A stretch of 64,000 bases of DNA from Vicugna vicugna (taxonomy: Eukaryota): positions 1,054,001 through 1,118,000 of the forward strand of contig MU058059.1 of assembly GCA_013265495.1 (NCBI GenBank), in the 5' to 3' direction. Below, piece after piece: positions 26,946-38,930 of the stretch. A program made the position numbers and the translations under genes. Within the stretch, counting starts at the first letter, position 1, and each line of letters starts with the position of its first letter. The notes beneath the pieces were generated by a model. The model did no database searches. It had not been told where the DNA came from and worked only from the letters and a program-made list of their open reading frames with translations.

Positions 26946-29179
26946 TGTCTGGATCAGAAACCAGGAAGGGGCAAATGGTAAGAGAGGGGCTGTAGGAGCA
27001 GCCCCCCTGGCCACGTGCGGGGTCCTCACCTGACAGCGGGGTCGGGCTACTCCATACACGCAGGAGGCTACAGCCCCTGGCTCTTTCCCTGTATGTGATA
27101 GTTGTAGAGAATTATTCATTGTTCAACTAACTGTTCCACCCTGTAATGATTCATTATTTAAAAAGTGAGTTCCTAATGTTCCATCATGAAGCTCTTCCAC
27201 CCTGTAGTGAATCTCAGGACTGCTTTCAAAAAGAACGTCTTCCCCTACACAGTCGGTGCAGCGTCTGCATGGTGCTTGCCTTTTAAAACCCATGTTACGG
27301 CTAATTTGGAAGTGGGAAATGTAACAGAGGACTCCATCTTCCAGTGGAGCCAAAATCAGGGTCAGAGCTCTGAGGATGCCCCGTGGGGGCGGGAGGAGAC
27401 GGAGCTTCTGGGAAAGATGGCTCTTTCTAACTTCAGGGAGGCCTTTCTGTGCTGCCTGCAAACCTTCCTGCTCGCCCCCGTTGGCTCTCTGGTACCCGTC
27501 CCCTCAGAAGTTTATCCATCCCCAAGTCCCTCCTGCGTTCCCCTCCCTCTCAGGGAGAAAAACCTTGCTTCTCTCTTCACCGAGAAGCTGGAGGCAGGCA
27601 GTTCTGGGGTTAAGATTCCTGCACCATGACTATAAAATGTATGAGTTGTAACTTTAGCATGGACAAGATAAAAATAATTATCTTAATATGTAGTTTCTGG
27701 GAATAAATAGCAGCTGAAAGCGTGATTATGATTTTAATAACAAGAAAATAATTGCATGTGAGTAACATCAGCATGAGGAGATAAACTGAAGGCCCGTCAA
27801 GGTAAGGGAATGTGTGTGCAGGGGACAGTGGAAGGTGGCCAGGCCACAAGGCTGGTCACAGCAAAAAATTTTATCAAAGTACATTCTCCAGGGATGCCTG
27901 CTGGAACAGCTTAACTGCGGGGACAGCCTGTACCTTCAAAGAAGCAACTGACAAGGTGTCGGAACCTTCCATCCGGACAGAGGTGGTGAAACGTCACGGG
28001 GGGAGGGCAGACCTTTAGAGGTGCCAAAGACACCTGAGCGAAAAAATGCGTGGGTGCAAACTTCTCAGTGGACCCAACTGAAACTTTTCTTTAAAGGTGC
28101 AGCGTCTTTTGTTTTTCATTTTTTTGAGGGGTGTGAATCAAGGAGAGACAGAGTATGATTTCACAGAGATAGTCTGTGTTTTTGAATTGACTTTGGTTGG
28201 GTGAGTCACTTGCCCGGTGCAAGCTTTGATTTTGCTCTCTCGATAACACTGAGCACAGAGGTGTGGTCAACGCCAGAAATAAAGGCATTTCCAGCCCTTT
28301 GATCGGAATACTTGGAGCACAGTAGGTGCTCAGTACACGGCAGTTCCTTTCCTTGGTTTCTCGCCTTTTGTCTTCCTATCACAACTGGCCATCCAAGAGA
28401 TGCTCAACTTTGGGGTAACCATGTAACAGAGAGAGACACAGAAAGGGAGCGAATGTATACACAGCCAAGATGGATGCCCATAATTGATGAATGGATTAAA
28501 AACTTAATCCTCTGTCCCTGTGATGATTTGGTTGAAACCCCCCTCTCTGATGTCTGACATCGGATGTGGTACCTTGATCGATGTGGCGTCTGTAAACTCC
28601 TTCAGCTTTAACATTTGTTGTTCATTTACCTCCTTACTCCCTCTTGTCAAGGACCATCCTTTTCTGGGCTATGGAATCCTTCCCTCCATGGGTCTGAAAC
28701 CCGCTCCTGCCTGGATGCCCTGGCTCTGTGCCCCCTGGTTTCCCCCGGGAGCTCAAGCCCGCCTTCGAGTGGTCCTCCTGATCGTCTTTCCTTGCTCTCC
28801 CCCGGCTGTCACCTGTGGCTTCTTTTCCTTTTGTTTCCTTGGGAATCTCATGGGGTCTTGAGGGGGCTTCCTGGCATCAGGGTCGCCCGATGCCTTGCAT
28901 GGAACCACTCCTCCCCTCTCCCAGCTGCAGCTCTTACATCTCCGGCTTCCACAAGCCCACCCGAGTTCCCCATCTCTAGCCCACCAGGTACCTGTCTGCC
29001 TCACTCTCTCTCCCCACTTCCCACCATTCAGCATCTGTCTGACCCCCAAAGCCCTACGTTTCCTTCAAATCCAGGGTGAACACAGCACCCCCGACCCCGG
29101 GAAACCTTCCCGGTCTTTCTGTTGGAATTGTGTCCCCTCTCCGGTGTTTCCCCAAAACTGGGGCGATCACTTAAAAAGT

Positions 29180-29790
29180 ACACATAAAACATTTTTATCA
29201 TGCAATAATTTCATACATGTAAATACACACAAGCAAGTCATGAAGCGCTAATAATAAAACAAACACCAGCAAACCTGTCGCCTAACTTAATAATGAGGTG
29301 AGAATACTGTCAATATCGTTGCCTCTGCCATTCAGTCCTCCTCCCTCCCCACAACATGGGTTTTTCCTAAAGAATATCACTAAATGTCGCATGGTTTTGA
29401 GCTTTATAAAAGTCATGTTCAATCATTCAATCTTTGCAAGTTTTTTGGATCATCATTATTAATGATTCATTCTTGTGGCTGGTTAGAGCTAAACATTCCA
29501 TTCATTTTTGTGGCTTGTATAATATCTCCTTTTGTGAATATGCCATAATTTTTTAATCCATTTTCCCATCCACAGACATTTGTGACGTTTCCAATTTAGT
29601 GCTATTATGGATATTTTGGAAACATTTCTCAGTGCACATGTGTGACTGTTTCTCAATAGTATATAATTATATGCAGAATTACTATGTTGGAAAATGTGCA
29701 CATCTTTACAAAACAATCAAAATTATTTTAAATATTATTGTTATCACTTTATCTGCTTCTCTAGCAATGCATAAAAATTCAATATTTGCA
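29180..29790 (-). mobile_element. Old L1 (L1ME-like) 3' region
   Basis: ccataatttttt-aatccattttcccatcca-cagacatttg...ttccaatttagtgctattatg, a degenerate antisense L1 signature. Confidence 0.65.
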
Positions 29791-30736
29791 TAAGAGCCTC
29801 TTTTGAAATTCATCATCACTTTCTATATCACATTTATTGGCATTTATATACTTGTCTCCCTATACAATGATAAGGGTCATATTTTATTCACACTTTGATT
29901 CTCATGGCCCACATCACCACCTTGCTGGTAAAAACAAATAAGTGAAAATCAAATTGAAGTAAATGTGACAACTTGTATTTGAGTTACAAGACTTTCTGCT
30001 TTTTAATGCAAATAGCATAGAAAGATTATGGGGTTATTAATCCCTTGCACACACATACAAATATGATTTCATTCAGCCACACTGCTTTCTCCTATCACCA
30101 GGTTAGATCAGCAGAACTAAGAAAATGGTAGTTTTATTTGAGAAAGAGAGGAACTAATAAATTTGGAACAAGGAATAGATTTTGGGAAGAAGGCCCAACT
30201 ATAAGCATTAAAGTGTGACTCAGGATTGTATGTGGACACCAGAGCCCAGAGAAGTGGCTCAAGAAGGTGGACGGGAGATTCGGGAAGGGGTGCTTTATGC
30301 ATATGCGCGTTCAAAGACTTTCACTGCACGCTACCCACGTGATTGGCTTCCTGTTTTGCAGTCCCACCGCGGGTCCTAGTATTTCCAAAATGTGTTCATG
30401 ACATACACTGAGTAATGTCTGGACCAGCCTGGAAACCACCCATAATTTTCAACTTCTTCTCTCAGGGCAAAGACTTCAAAATTCCCAACAAATACTGACG
30501 TGCGCTTTTGGAAAAATGATTCATCTGTAAAATGGGGAATGCCTATATTCAGAAAGGAGGTCTCTGCCTTTTGTTGATCTAATCTTTTCACCCCTAGGAC
30601 TGAGAAGAGCCAGAGGCTGAAAAAAAATAAGCATTTCCGTGCTCTTACAAATGCACAACCTCCACTAACCTCCTCTTTGGTCCCTGCTTATCTTCTGCTT
30701 TGAAAAATAACTCAGACAAGGAGTGCTGAAACTTAC

Positions 30737-30762
30737 CAAAGTATGAGATCTGCAGGGCATTC
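30737..30762 (-). other. Candidate 26-nt exon
   Basis: Minus: tttacctctccccctatAAG acceptor, exon GAATGCCCTGCAGATCTCATACTTTG, donor TTG|GTAAGT. Confidence 0.3.
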
Positions 30763-31544
30763 CTTATAGGGGGAGAGGTAAACGTTTAAAAACAAGACCA
30801 CGGGCTCAAAAAAAAAGGGAGGACGCTCTCAGCAACATTGCTCCACCTGTTCCAAAGGGCACGGGGGTACCGAAGCCCAGCTTCTCCCCCGCCACGTGAG
30901 TGCAGTTGAAAACTACGAGGCTGCAAGACAGTTCAGAGGTCATCGACCTCGTTTGTCTCTGATGCTGGCTTTTCGCATTATGGACAAACTGATACTTCAG
31001 CAGGTCAATGCCAAAAAGCAAGCAAATTTCTGAATTCACTGTGCTTCCTTATGAACAGAGAGGAGTCAACACAAAGTAGGGAAGAACCGTACCATAACTG
31101 TCCCCTGCAAGCAACCCCAGGCGGACAAGTTCAGCTTGTCGCTACCACCAGGAGACTGTCGGACCATCAGCAGAAGAATGGGTCCAGGACGGAGCTGAGT
31201 GTTTTCAGCTGAGTACTGACAGCGCTCCAACTATCTGGTGTTAAGGGAAATTGAAACCCTTGCTGAAGTTACCAGGAGAGGGTTCATAAAGACAGAGATC
31301 ACTCTGATACCTGATATTTCTGATATCTGATATCTCTCTGATGAACTCAGCCACTTAAACATTTTCAGTCTGAAAACACATTTCAAACATACATGAACAG
31401 ATGTGCTTTCATTTCCGTTCTAGTTCACAGTGCTAATAAATCAAGTCACTAGAATTAATTCTATTTACTGAACACCTGCTGTGTGCTCCATGTAAAAGGA
31501 CAGCCCCACAAAAACCTGGCTCTTGGCTAGCTATTAGGAGAGTT

Positions 31545-32150
31545 TTGGGATTAAGAGGCAGAAACTTCTGGTTACAAAATAAATGAGTCACGGGGATGAA
31601 ATGTGCAGCAGGAAGAATATCGTTAATCGCCGTGTAACGTCTGCGGGCTGACAGACGGTAACTAGGCTTCTGTGGTGGCCATTCTGTGATACATAGAAAT
31701 ATCAGGTCGCTACACTGTGGCCCAGGGACAAACGCAGTGTTGGAGGTCAATTCTACTTCAAGAACAAACATGCTCACAGAAAAACAGATCAGATCTGTGG
31801 TTACCAGCGGTGGCGGTGGCACGAGGGGGGAATGAAATGAAAGTGGTCAAAAAGTACAAACTTCAAGTTATGAAACAAGTAATGCACCACACGATACACT
31901 AAAATAATTAACATGGGTGTATGTCACACATGAACGTGAAGAGAGTAGATGCTAAGAGTTCTCACTCCAAGAAAGACAAGTTTTTTTCTTTTTCTTTAGT
32001 TTTGTGTCTCTATGAGATAACGGATGTTCTCGAAACTTCCTGTGGTCATTGTTCCATGCTGTGTGTGAGTCATGTCATTACTCTGTCCACCTTAAACTTC
32101 TACAGTGCTGTATGTCAGTTATACCTCAATAAAACTGGAAGAAAAAAAGA
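31545..32150 (+). mobile_element. L1M 3'UTR fragments
   Basis: cagatcagatctgtggttaccag...gtcaaaaagtacaaacttc...ccttaaacttctacagtgctgtatgtcagttatacctcaataaaactgg. Confidence 0.8.
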
Positions 32151-32154
32151 GTTG

Positions 32155-32457
32155 CAGACTCCAGACATAGAAAACAAACTTATGGTTACCAGCGGGGAAG
32201 GAGGTAGGAAGGGATAAATCGGGAGTTCAAGATTTGTAGATATGATCTACTATATATGAAACAGATAAACAAGTTCATACTGTACAGCACAGAGAACTAT
32301 ATTCAATATTTTGTAGTAACTTACGGTGAAAAAGAATATGAAAACGAATATATATATGCTCATGTATGACTGAAGCATTGTGCTGCCCACCAGAAATTGA
32401 CACAACAGTGTAAACTGACTGTCCTCAATAAAAATACATCTATATACAAAAAAAAAG
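32155..32457 (+). mobile_element. Younger L1 3' end inserted after the older L1 tail
   Basis: cagacatagaaaacaaacttatggttacc...gtacagcacagagaactatattcaata...gtaaactgact. Confidence 0.88.
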
Positions 32458-34324
32458 TTTTTTTGAGGGGAAGGCTAGGGCGATGTTCAGAGGCAATGAA
32501 CACAGAAAGCGAGACAGCACATTTACGTGACTCTGTCTGTGAACACAACGCCACTTGCTCTCTTGTGTCTACGAGAGCCGGCACTCGCTTTCATCTGTGT
32601 CCAACCCCGTGAAGTATAATGTGAAGGAATTATTACTTTCCTTTTTTTTTGTTTTTTTCCTATTCTCAAATCTCTTCCTCAGTCTTGTTACAGTTATACT
32701 TCTGGTCAGAGCAACAATTTTATGGGTCACTTTTTTCCCAAATCAACCCGTTTCTAGGCTGCATAGAAAGCCACTGGGGGCTCAGCCCAGCGGTTCTTTG
32801 ACATGTCAGGAGCAGACCAGCAGCTCACAGCGAAAGCCACTTGCTACATTCCAGGCCTGCCCAGCGGATCTTCATAGTCCACCGGCCTGACAGCTAGTCC
32901 CATGTAACCCACACTCCCTCTCCTCATGCCAAGTAGGATCCAGGGGGAAGCATTTAAAAGATGTGCTACACCTCAGCCTGTGGTATCGCTCAGCAGATTT
33001 TAATGAAAACCATCAGGATAAATCATCCTTCTAGGCTCTACAAAGATTGCCCAGAACGTCTTTGAAATCATGCAGATCTAGGAGGAGACATGAAAGGGGA
33101 GGAAAATAAAACGAAATTCCAGGTAACGGGGTTAAACAGAGAAAGTGCTGAACCAGCTCCGAAAAGCAGTAGATTTGACTGTCATTAGGCCAATGTGACC
33201 AATTATGCAGAGAACAAAAACGACGCTACCTGCACTTCTAGTGATAATAATATCATTATTATTGCTGTTATTAAAGAATTCATTAGTATTTTTATATAGC
33301 AGACCCTGTGCAAATTGATATTTTCATTTCCTTGCATCAAAGTTGTGTTTCCATTAACAGTAATGTGTAAAAACTGTCATGAAGTGTATGCCATGTCATC
33401 AGGCTTAAAAAAAAAAAGAGGCTTATAATCTATGATGATGCTTTAGGATTGTAAGATTTGAAAGCCAAAGCAGCTGTAAGTCCGTCATAAAGATGAACAA
33501 ACTGTCATCTAGGGAAATTAAGTGCCGATGAACCCACAATCTGGAAAATTACAACACTGCCGATTTTTCCTGAAACACACGTATCTTCTAACTGTATCTA
33601 GGGGAGAGCAGAGTTACACTTAAGACCAAAATACTATGTGAAATAACCCAGAAGATAAAGAGTATATTCATGTATTCAAAGCACAAGGCATAAAACAAAA
33701 CATCGTGACACTTTCTCACTTAGTGCAAAGGTTTGACGATGGGGTCACACGTACACTTCAGGAGCATTACTCACTGCTGCATTACCTAATTCATATCCAT
33801 CTTTAATATGGTTTTCAAAGGAAGCAAACAGCTAAGAATAGCACAAATTACTCATCCTTTATAAATACAATGGGATGACGTTGCAACATGATCATATTCC
33901 CCAGGAATCGTAAATTTTGTGAGAGCAAAAGATCGAACCGACCTGTTAAGAATGAGGTCTCTGCATTTTCAGCTTTTGTTACTCCAACATCCAGCCACAG
34001 GAGAAAAAGGAGGAGTCTCCTGGAAAGCACCCAGGTCAAGGGAGGAGAGAGTCAAGGTCCCAGGTCTGTGTGGGGTGTGATGCTAGTTGCAGAAGCTCCT
34101 AACTTTCTGTCCTCCCCTGTCATCAAACTTACTCCCTGCAAAGTCTAAGCTTTCTATGTCTACCCTCCTCATGTCACTCTTCTACATAGGAGGATCCATG
34201 GTTGCCCATTGCCTATTTGATAAAGTCCAAGATTTCATAAGCTCACAAGGTGAATATACTTGTTCAAGCCTTTGTGACATGCCAGGGATTTTATATGAAA
34301 ACACAAAAGCTGTAACAGACTCGG

Positions 34325-34760
34325 AGGGTGATACAGAGGACGCCTGCTCCATCCTCCATCCTAACAGCCAGATGCTTGTATCTGGGTCCAGAGTGAAAGA
34401 GCCACTTCAATTCAGTTCAGTCACAGAATCCACCAAGTGATCCTGCTGTGTCTCCAAGGCGAGAGGATAGGGCCAGGGGATAACACAGCCGGCTGAGCAG
34501 TGATGCAGAACCTGCACCCAGTCGGGAACAAATCACCTGCGGCAACATGGGGGACTCTCCATGGGTTCTGGCCATGGTGGGTTGGTCGGCATCCTTGGGT
34601 GCATTTGGGATCTCTGATGTCAAGTGTCGCTATGGTGGCCAGAATAAAAGCAAGTGAAAATGGTGGGATGCAGGCAGCACAGAGAGAACCTGGTTTTGCA
34701 AGCAGGGAAGGGACCCTCAGGGACTCCTCAGGTCAGTTAGGAAAAATCTGACTACATTTA
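34325..34760. mobile_element. Possible old MaLR (MLT1-like) LTR remnant
   Basis: Degenerate motifs only (cctccatcctaacagccagatgctt, gagagaacctggttt). Confidence 0.3.
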
Positions 34761-35272
34761 GAAGTCCCACGATTGCAGGTGCTGACAGTCAGCTATATTA
34801 TTACCCTTATTAAGCCGTTTGGCCAGGGAAACACGGGTTACTCTTGCATCCACTGTAAATTAAACTGCTCTTCTGAGAAAACAGATCCTCTCTGTCCATT
34901 TGGAAAAAAAAGTGAAGTGCAGCAATTTTACCTAATTATCTTGGTAATTAAATGATCAATGTGGATCACTTTAAGATTGAGGAGTCGAAATGAATTTGTC
35001 AAGGATTATTTTACGGCAGACAGAGACAAATGTCTATGAACTCAATATCTTCCCAATAACGAGTGATGCAGATGGACAGTATCAGATCAACAAAATAATA
35101 ATTTCTGTTCAATTTCAAAATGCAGAAACATTTTGCACGTAGGGTTACCAGGTTTATCTTCCTAGTTGCATTTTACTTCAGTTACTATTAAAAGAAAACT
35201 TGAAAAGCGACAAAGAGAAAATTACATTTCAATATACTTTGGATTAAAGTTTATTTTTTAATGATTAAAAAA

Positions 35273-35510
35273 TAGATTTGCAGGTACTATTTGCAGATAC
35301 CAACTACTATACATAAAATAGATAAACAGCAAGTTTCTACTGTACAGCACAGGGAACTATGTTCAATATCTTGTGGTAACCTATAATGAAAAAGAATATG
35401 AAAATGAACATATGTATGACTGAGACATTACGCTGTGCACCAGAAGTTGACACATTGTAAACTGACTATATTTCAATTTTAAAATATTATAAGAAATATG
35501 TAAAAAAAAT
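35273..35510 (+). mobile_element. L1 3' end
   Basis: aaatagataaacagcaagtttctactgtacagcacagggaactatgttcaata...gtaaactgactatatttcaat. Confidence 0.88.
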
Positions 35511-35594
35511 AGAATCAAAAGCTTGAAACATAAATACTGAGAGTAATCTTTGATTAGTTAAATATGAGTTTTCATGCTGAAGTATTAATAAAAC

Positions 35595-35810
35595 ATACAT
35601 CATATGACCCTAGTTTGAGCACTTACTATCTGCCAGACATTTCACAAGAACTTTTTCTAGTTCTTATGACAGCTCTGCTAGGGAGGTGTTACTAAACTTG
35701 TTTTGCAGAAGAAACTATAAGACTCGGAACCCCGAGGGGACGTGTCCCCGGACATTCAGCTAGAAGCTGCCAGCTCTGGAGCATGGCTGGGTGAGTGTGG
35801 GGCTTGACTC
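35595..35810 (-). mobile_element. MIR
   Basis: tttgagcacttactatctgccagac...ttttgcagaagaaactataagactcgga. Confidence 0.6.
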
Positions 35811-36589
35811 TCTCCCATCTTGCACCCAGATCGTTATCGCGGGGTCTGCTTCCAAGCGAATCCAGACCAAGACACGCAGAGACTCTGACGTGTGTACGGG
35901 CGGGGAGGGAAGCTTAGCTCACAGGACTGTGCAAGGTGGCTGAAGGCAGGGAGAACACTCTTCAGAAACGGCCTTACTTACACAATTTCTAAGGATCCCG
36001 TTGACAGTCACTGTCAAGACTGTGATGACAGGGTGTCTGAGGGATCAGGATGAAAGTGAAACACTGAGACCCAGACGGACAAGAGGCAAAGCGTCCCATC
36101 TTCTGTGTGTCCCCACCCCAGCATCCACCCATGAATGATCCATTTCCCCTTTGCCCCAAAAGCTCCCTGCCCTAGACTCCCTACACCGTGGGACGTGTAC
36201 TGAACACAGCAGCAAGTCTCTCTTGCTCATTTTATGTCGGGTCCCTGTCTTTATTCTGCTTTTTAGGGTTTGCAGCTGCCTATTTTTAAACATCCTCATT
36301 TTGTAAAGATATTTTCTTATTCACAACTCAAACTAAAAAGGGCACTCAACCTTCAAAACGGCAACTATTTTGGGTGGAACGCAAATGAATCTCAATCTGT
36401 TTTAAAGCAGACCTCTAGCTTAGCCAAATGGTCTTTGCCCCCACGGGCTTCTGGTTTAATAATTTGGCTCTGCAGAATTTTGTGGCTGTTGGGGGAGAGA
36501 AATAAGTTCTTTATTTAAAGGTGAATATGAGTCTCTGATTAAATACCTGCTTGTATTTGAATTAGTTGTTGTGAATTTTCCATGATATA

Positions 36590-36732
36590 CTTAATTGAAG
36601 TATAGTTAGTTTCAGGCATACAGCAAAGTGATTCAGTTATACGTGCGTGTGTGTGTGTATATATACACACACACACACACACGTGAATTCTTTTTCAGAC
36701 TCTTTTCCATTATAGGTTATTACAATATATTG
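36590..36732 (-). mobile_element. L1 3' end with internal (GT)n(TA)n(CA)n microsatellite
   Basis: ttaattgaagtatagtt...cagcaaagtgattcagttata...ttttccattataggttattacaa. Confidence 0.85.
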
Positions 36733-38009
36733 CCACGATATACTTTTATACTGAAGAGGTTAGAGAGATAGAAAGATTTACATAGCAAAATGCTGATTTT
36801 TAAAAAACTATCAATCAAGTAATTAAAATATTGTTTCTCACTTTAAGATGTTATTTAGTTTTTTTTTTTCCGTTTTCTATGTGATATAGGGAACACTATC
36901 ATTTCCATGTGCCAGTTTGAAACAGTGCCCTGAATAGGATTCACACATGTGGCCAAATGTTTTCACATGGTAAATGACCAATATCTTTTCCATTTTGTAA
37001 CATATTTATGGAAACTCTATAAACACTATGTGTCAAAATCTATATGGCATAGATACAATTGCTCTTGATCACTTAGATCATCCAATTTCTCAGATCTCAG
37101 AAGAGGTTTGAGAATGTAATCCCAACATTATATAATAAAGCGTCTCATTCCCAACTCTTCAAACCTTCGGTACCTGATCATGCCCTGTTTTTTTTCCCCC
37201 TAGTTCATTCCTCATGTGCAATGGGCTGTTTATAACTATTTGATGAGGATGGATTTATCCTCTCAAGTTTGAAGGCTTACATATTGAAGAGTGTTTGGAA
37301 GCATGTCTGTTCCTGGAACGTGGAAGCTGGCAAGCTTTTTATAATAATTTGTTTTCCACCTGTCCTCAAACCTACTGTAAACACAAGAGTATTGGGTAAG
37401 TCTTTTCATTCTTCTAGATCAGAAACATTCCAACAACTCCCCGGGCTAATTAGCACACGCATAATTATGTATTTTGATAATACAGTATGTATATCTTGTC
37501 AGTCAAGGAGCCATGATGAATCAGATGAAGAGCTGCCTGAAAGGAATTCCAGATCAGACAAATTCACGAGCCCCAGACCGAGAATTTCTCCATGTATCTG
37601 GATGCTGTCAGCATTTATGGGCAAAGTGCCCAGCAAATCTGTTGTCTTCCAGCCCAATCACTATCAACTTGGCTTCCCCACCTTCTAGGCTGCTTTGGAA
37701 AGCTCTGTCCAACACACATGACTGGAAGCCCATTTCTACAATGAAGAATGTTAATAGTCATACAGATTCCTCCAGCTACCAGAGCTTAAGTCATTCATGC
37801 AATGGGACCAAAAGGAGGTAGAGGGTGGTTTGTGAAGCTTCCAGATAATTGCCTCTTTTCCACTTTGCCTATAAAGACCTGATCGCTCAAGGGTTGGCTA
37901 CTTCTTCCTCTTACGGACTTGAATTGGGTTTGAAACACCCTTTTCCTTCTGTCACTGCTCTTCTCTGGCATCACAACACAATCACTCTCTCATTAAGTTA
38001 CGGAGCCCC

Positions 38010-38930
38010 CACTCTAGGCATCACTTAGTGATGAACACATAGATAAATCAGGTCTCAATCAATGGGAACACATTGAAGAATAAAGACATGGTACGTGCTG
38101 CGTGAGAGTAAAAAGCCAAGATCTGCTGAGAGATGAGAGACCTTCCGAGACTAATGAAGGGAAGCTTCAGAAGGAAGGAGTATTGGAATCTTGAAGAACT
38201 GGTGGGATTTCAAGACGAAGGTAGGGTGAGGTTAGGCATTTCACTTAAAGGAAATGGATGAGCAAAGGACCTGAAAATGAAGACTAAAGTCATGCATCCA
38301 AAATGGTGGCAGGTGCCTTGGGTTTCGAGCTGGGGCCAGTGGGAGACCACACTGAGCATGCAGACGTAGGTGAGCCAACATTGGGTTGTGAGTACAGATC
38401 TAAAGGACTGAGACCTTACCCTGCAGGAAATAGGAGTGACCTGAGGTTTGGAGCCAGGGAGTGATGTAATCAATACTGTATGGTAAAAGGATTGAGCTAG
38501 AAGCACAGGTTGGGGGGTGGGGATGAGAGGGGGCCAGGATGTGGCCACAACAATCCAAGCAGGACGTGACAAGAGCCTGGGGCAGGACCAGTGGCAATAC
38601 AATAGAAAGGAGGTGACAGTAGGAGACCCCCAACACAACCACTGGCATTTCTGTGGTGTGTGTCTATGTGGAAGTGATGCTAGAAGAGACAGTATTAAAA
38701 ATGAAGACTAGGCTCCTGCCTGGTGACTCAGGACCTGCACTAGAAAAGGGAAGAAACTATGAAACTGATGAATGAAACTGATGAATTCATTCATATTCAG
38801 CCTGAGGTGACTGCGGAACCTCTGGATAAAAATATCTACCCGGCAGCTGGAAATATGAGACCAGATTTCTCACGGCGGCTAAAGAGACAGACCTGGTAAT
38901 CATTCGTCCAGGATGAAAATCGGTTCAATA
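38010..38930 (-). mobile_element. L2 remnant
   Basis: Purine-rich degenerate sequence with ggtttggagccagggagtgatgtaatc...caatccaagcagga...cagctggaaatatgag. Confidence 0.6.
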
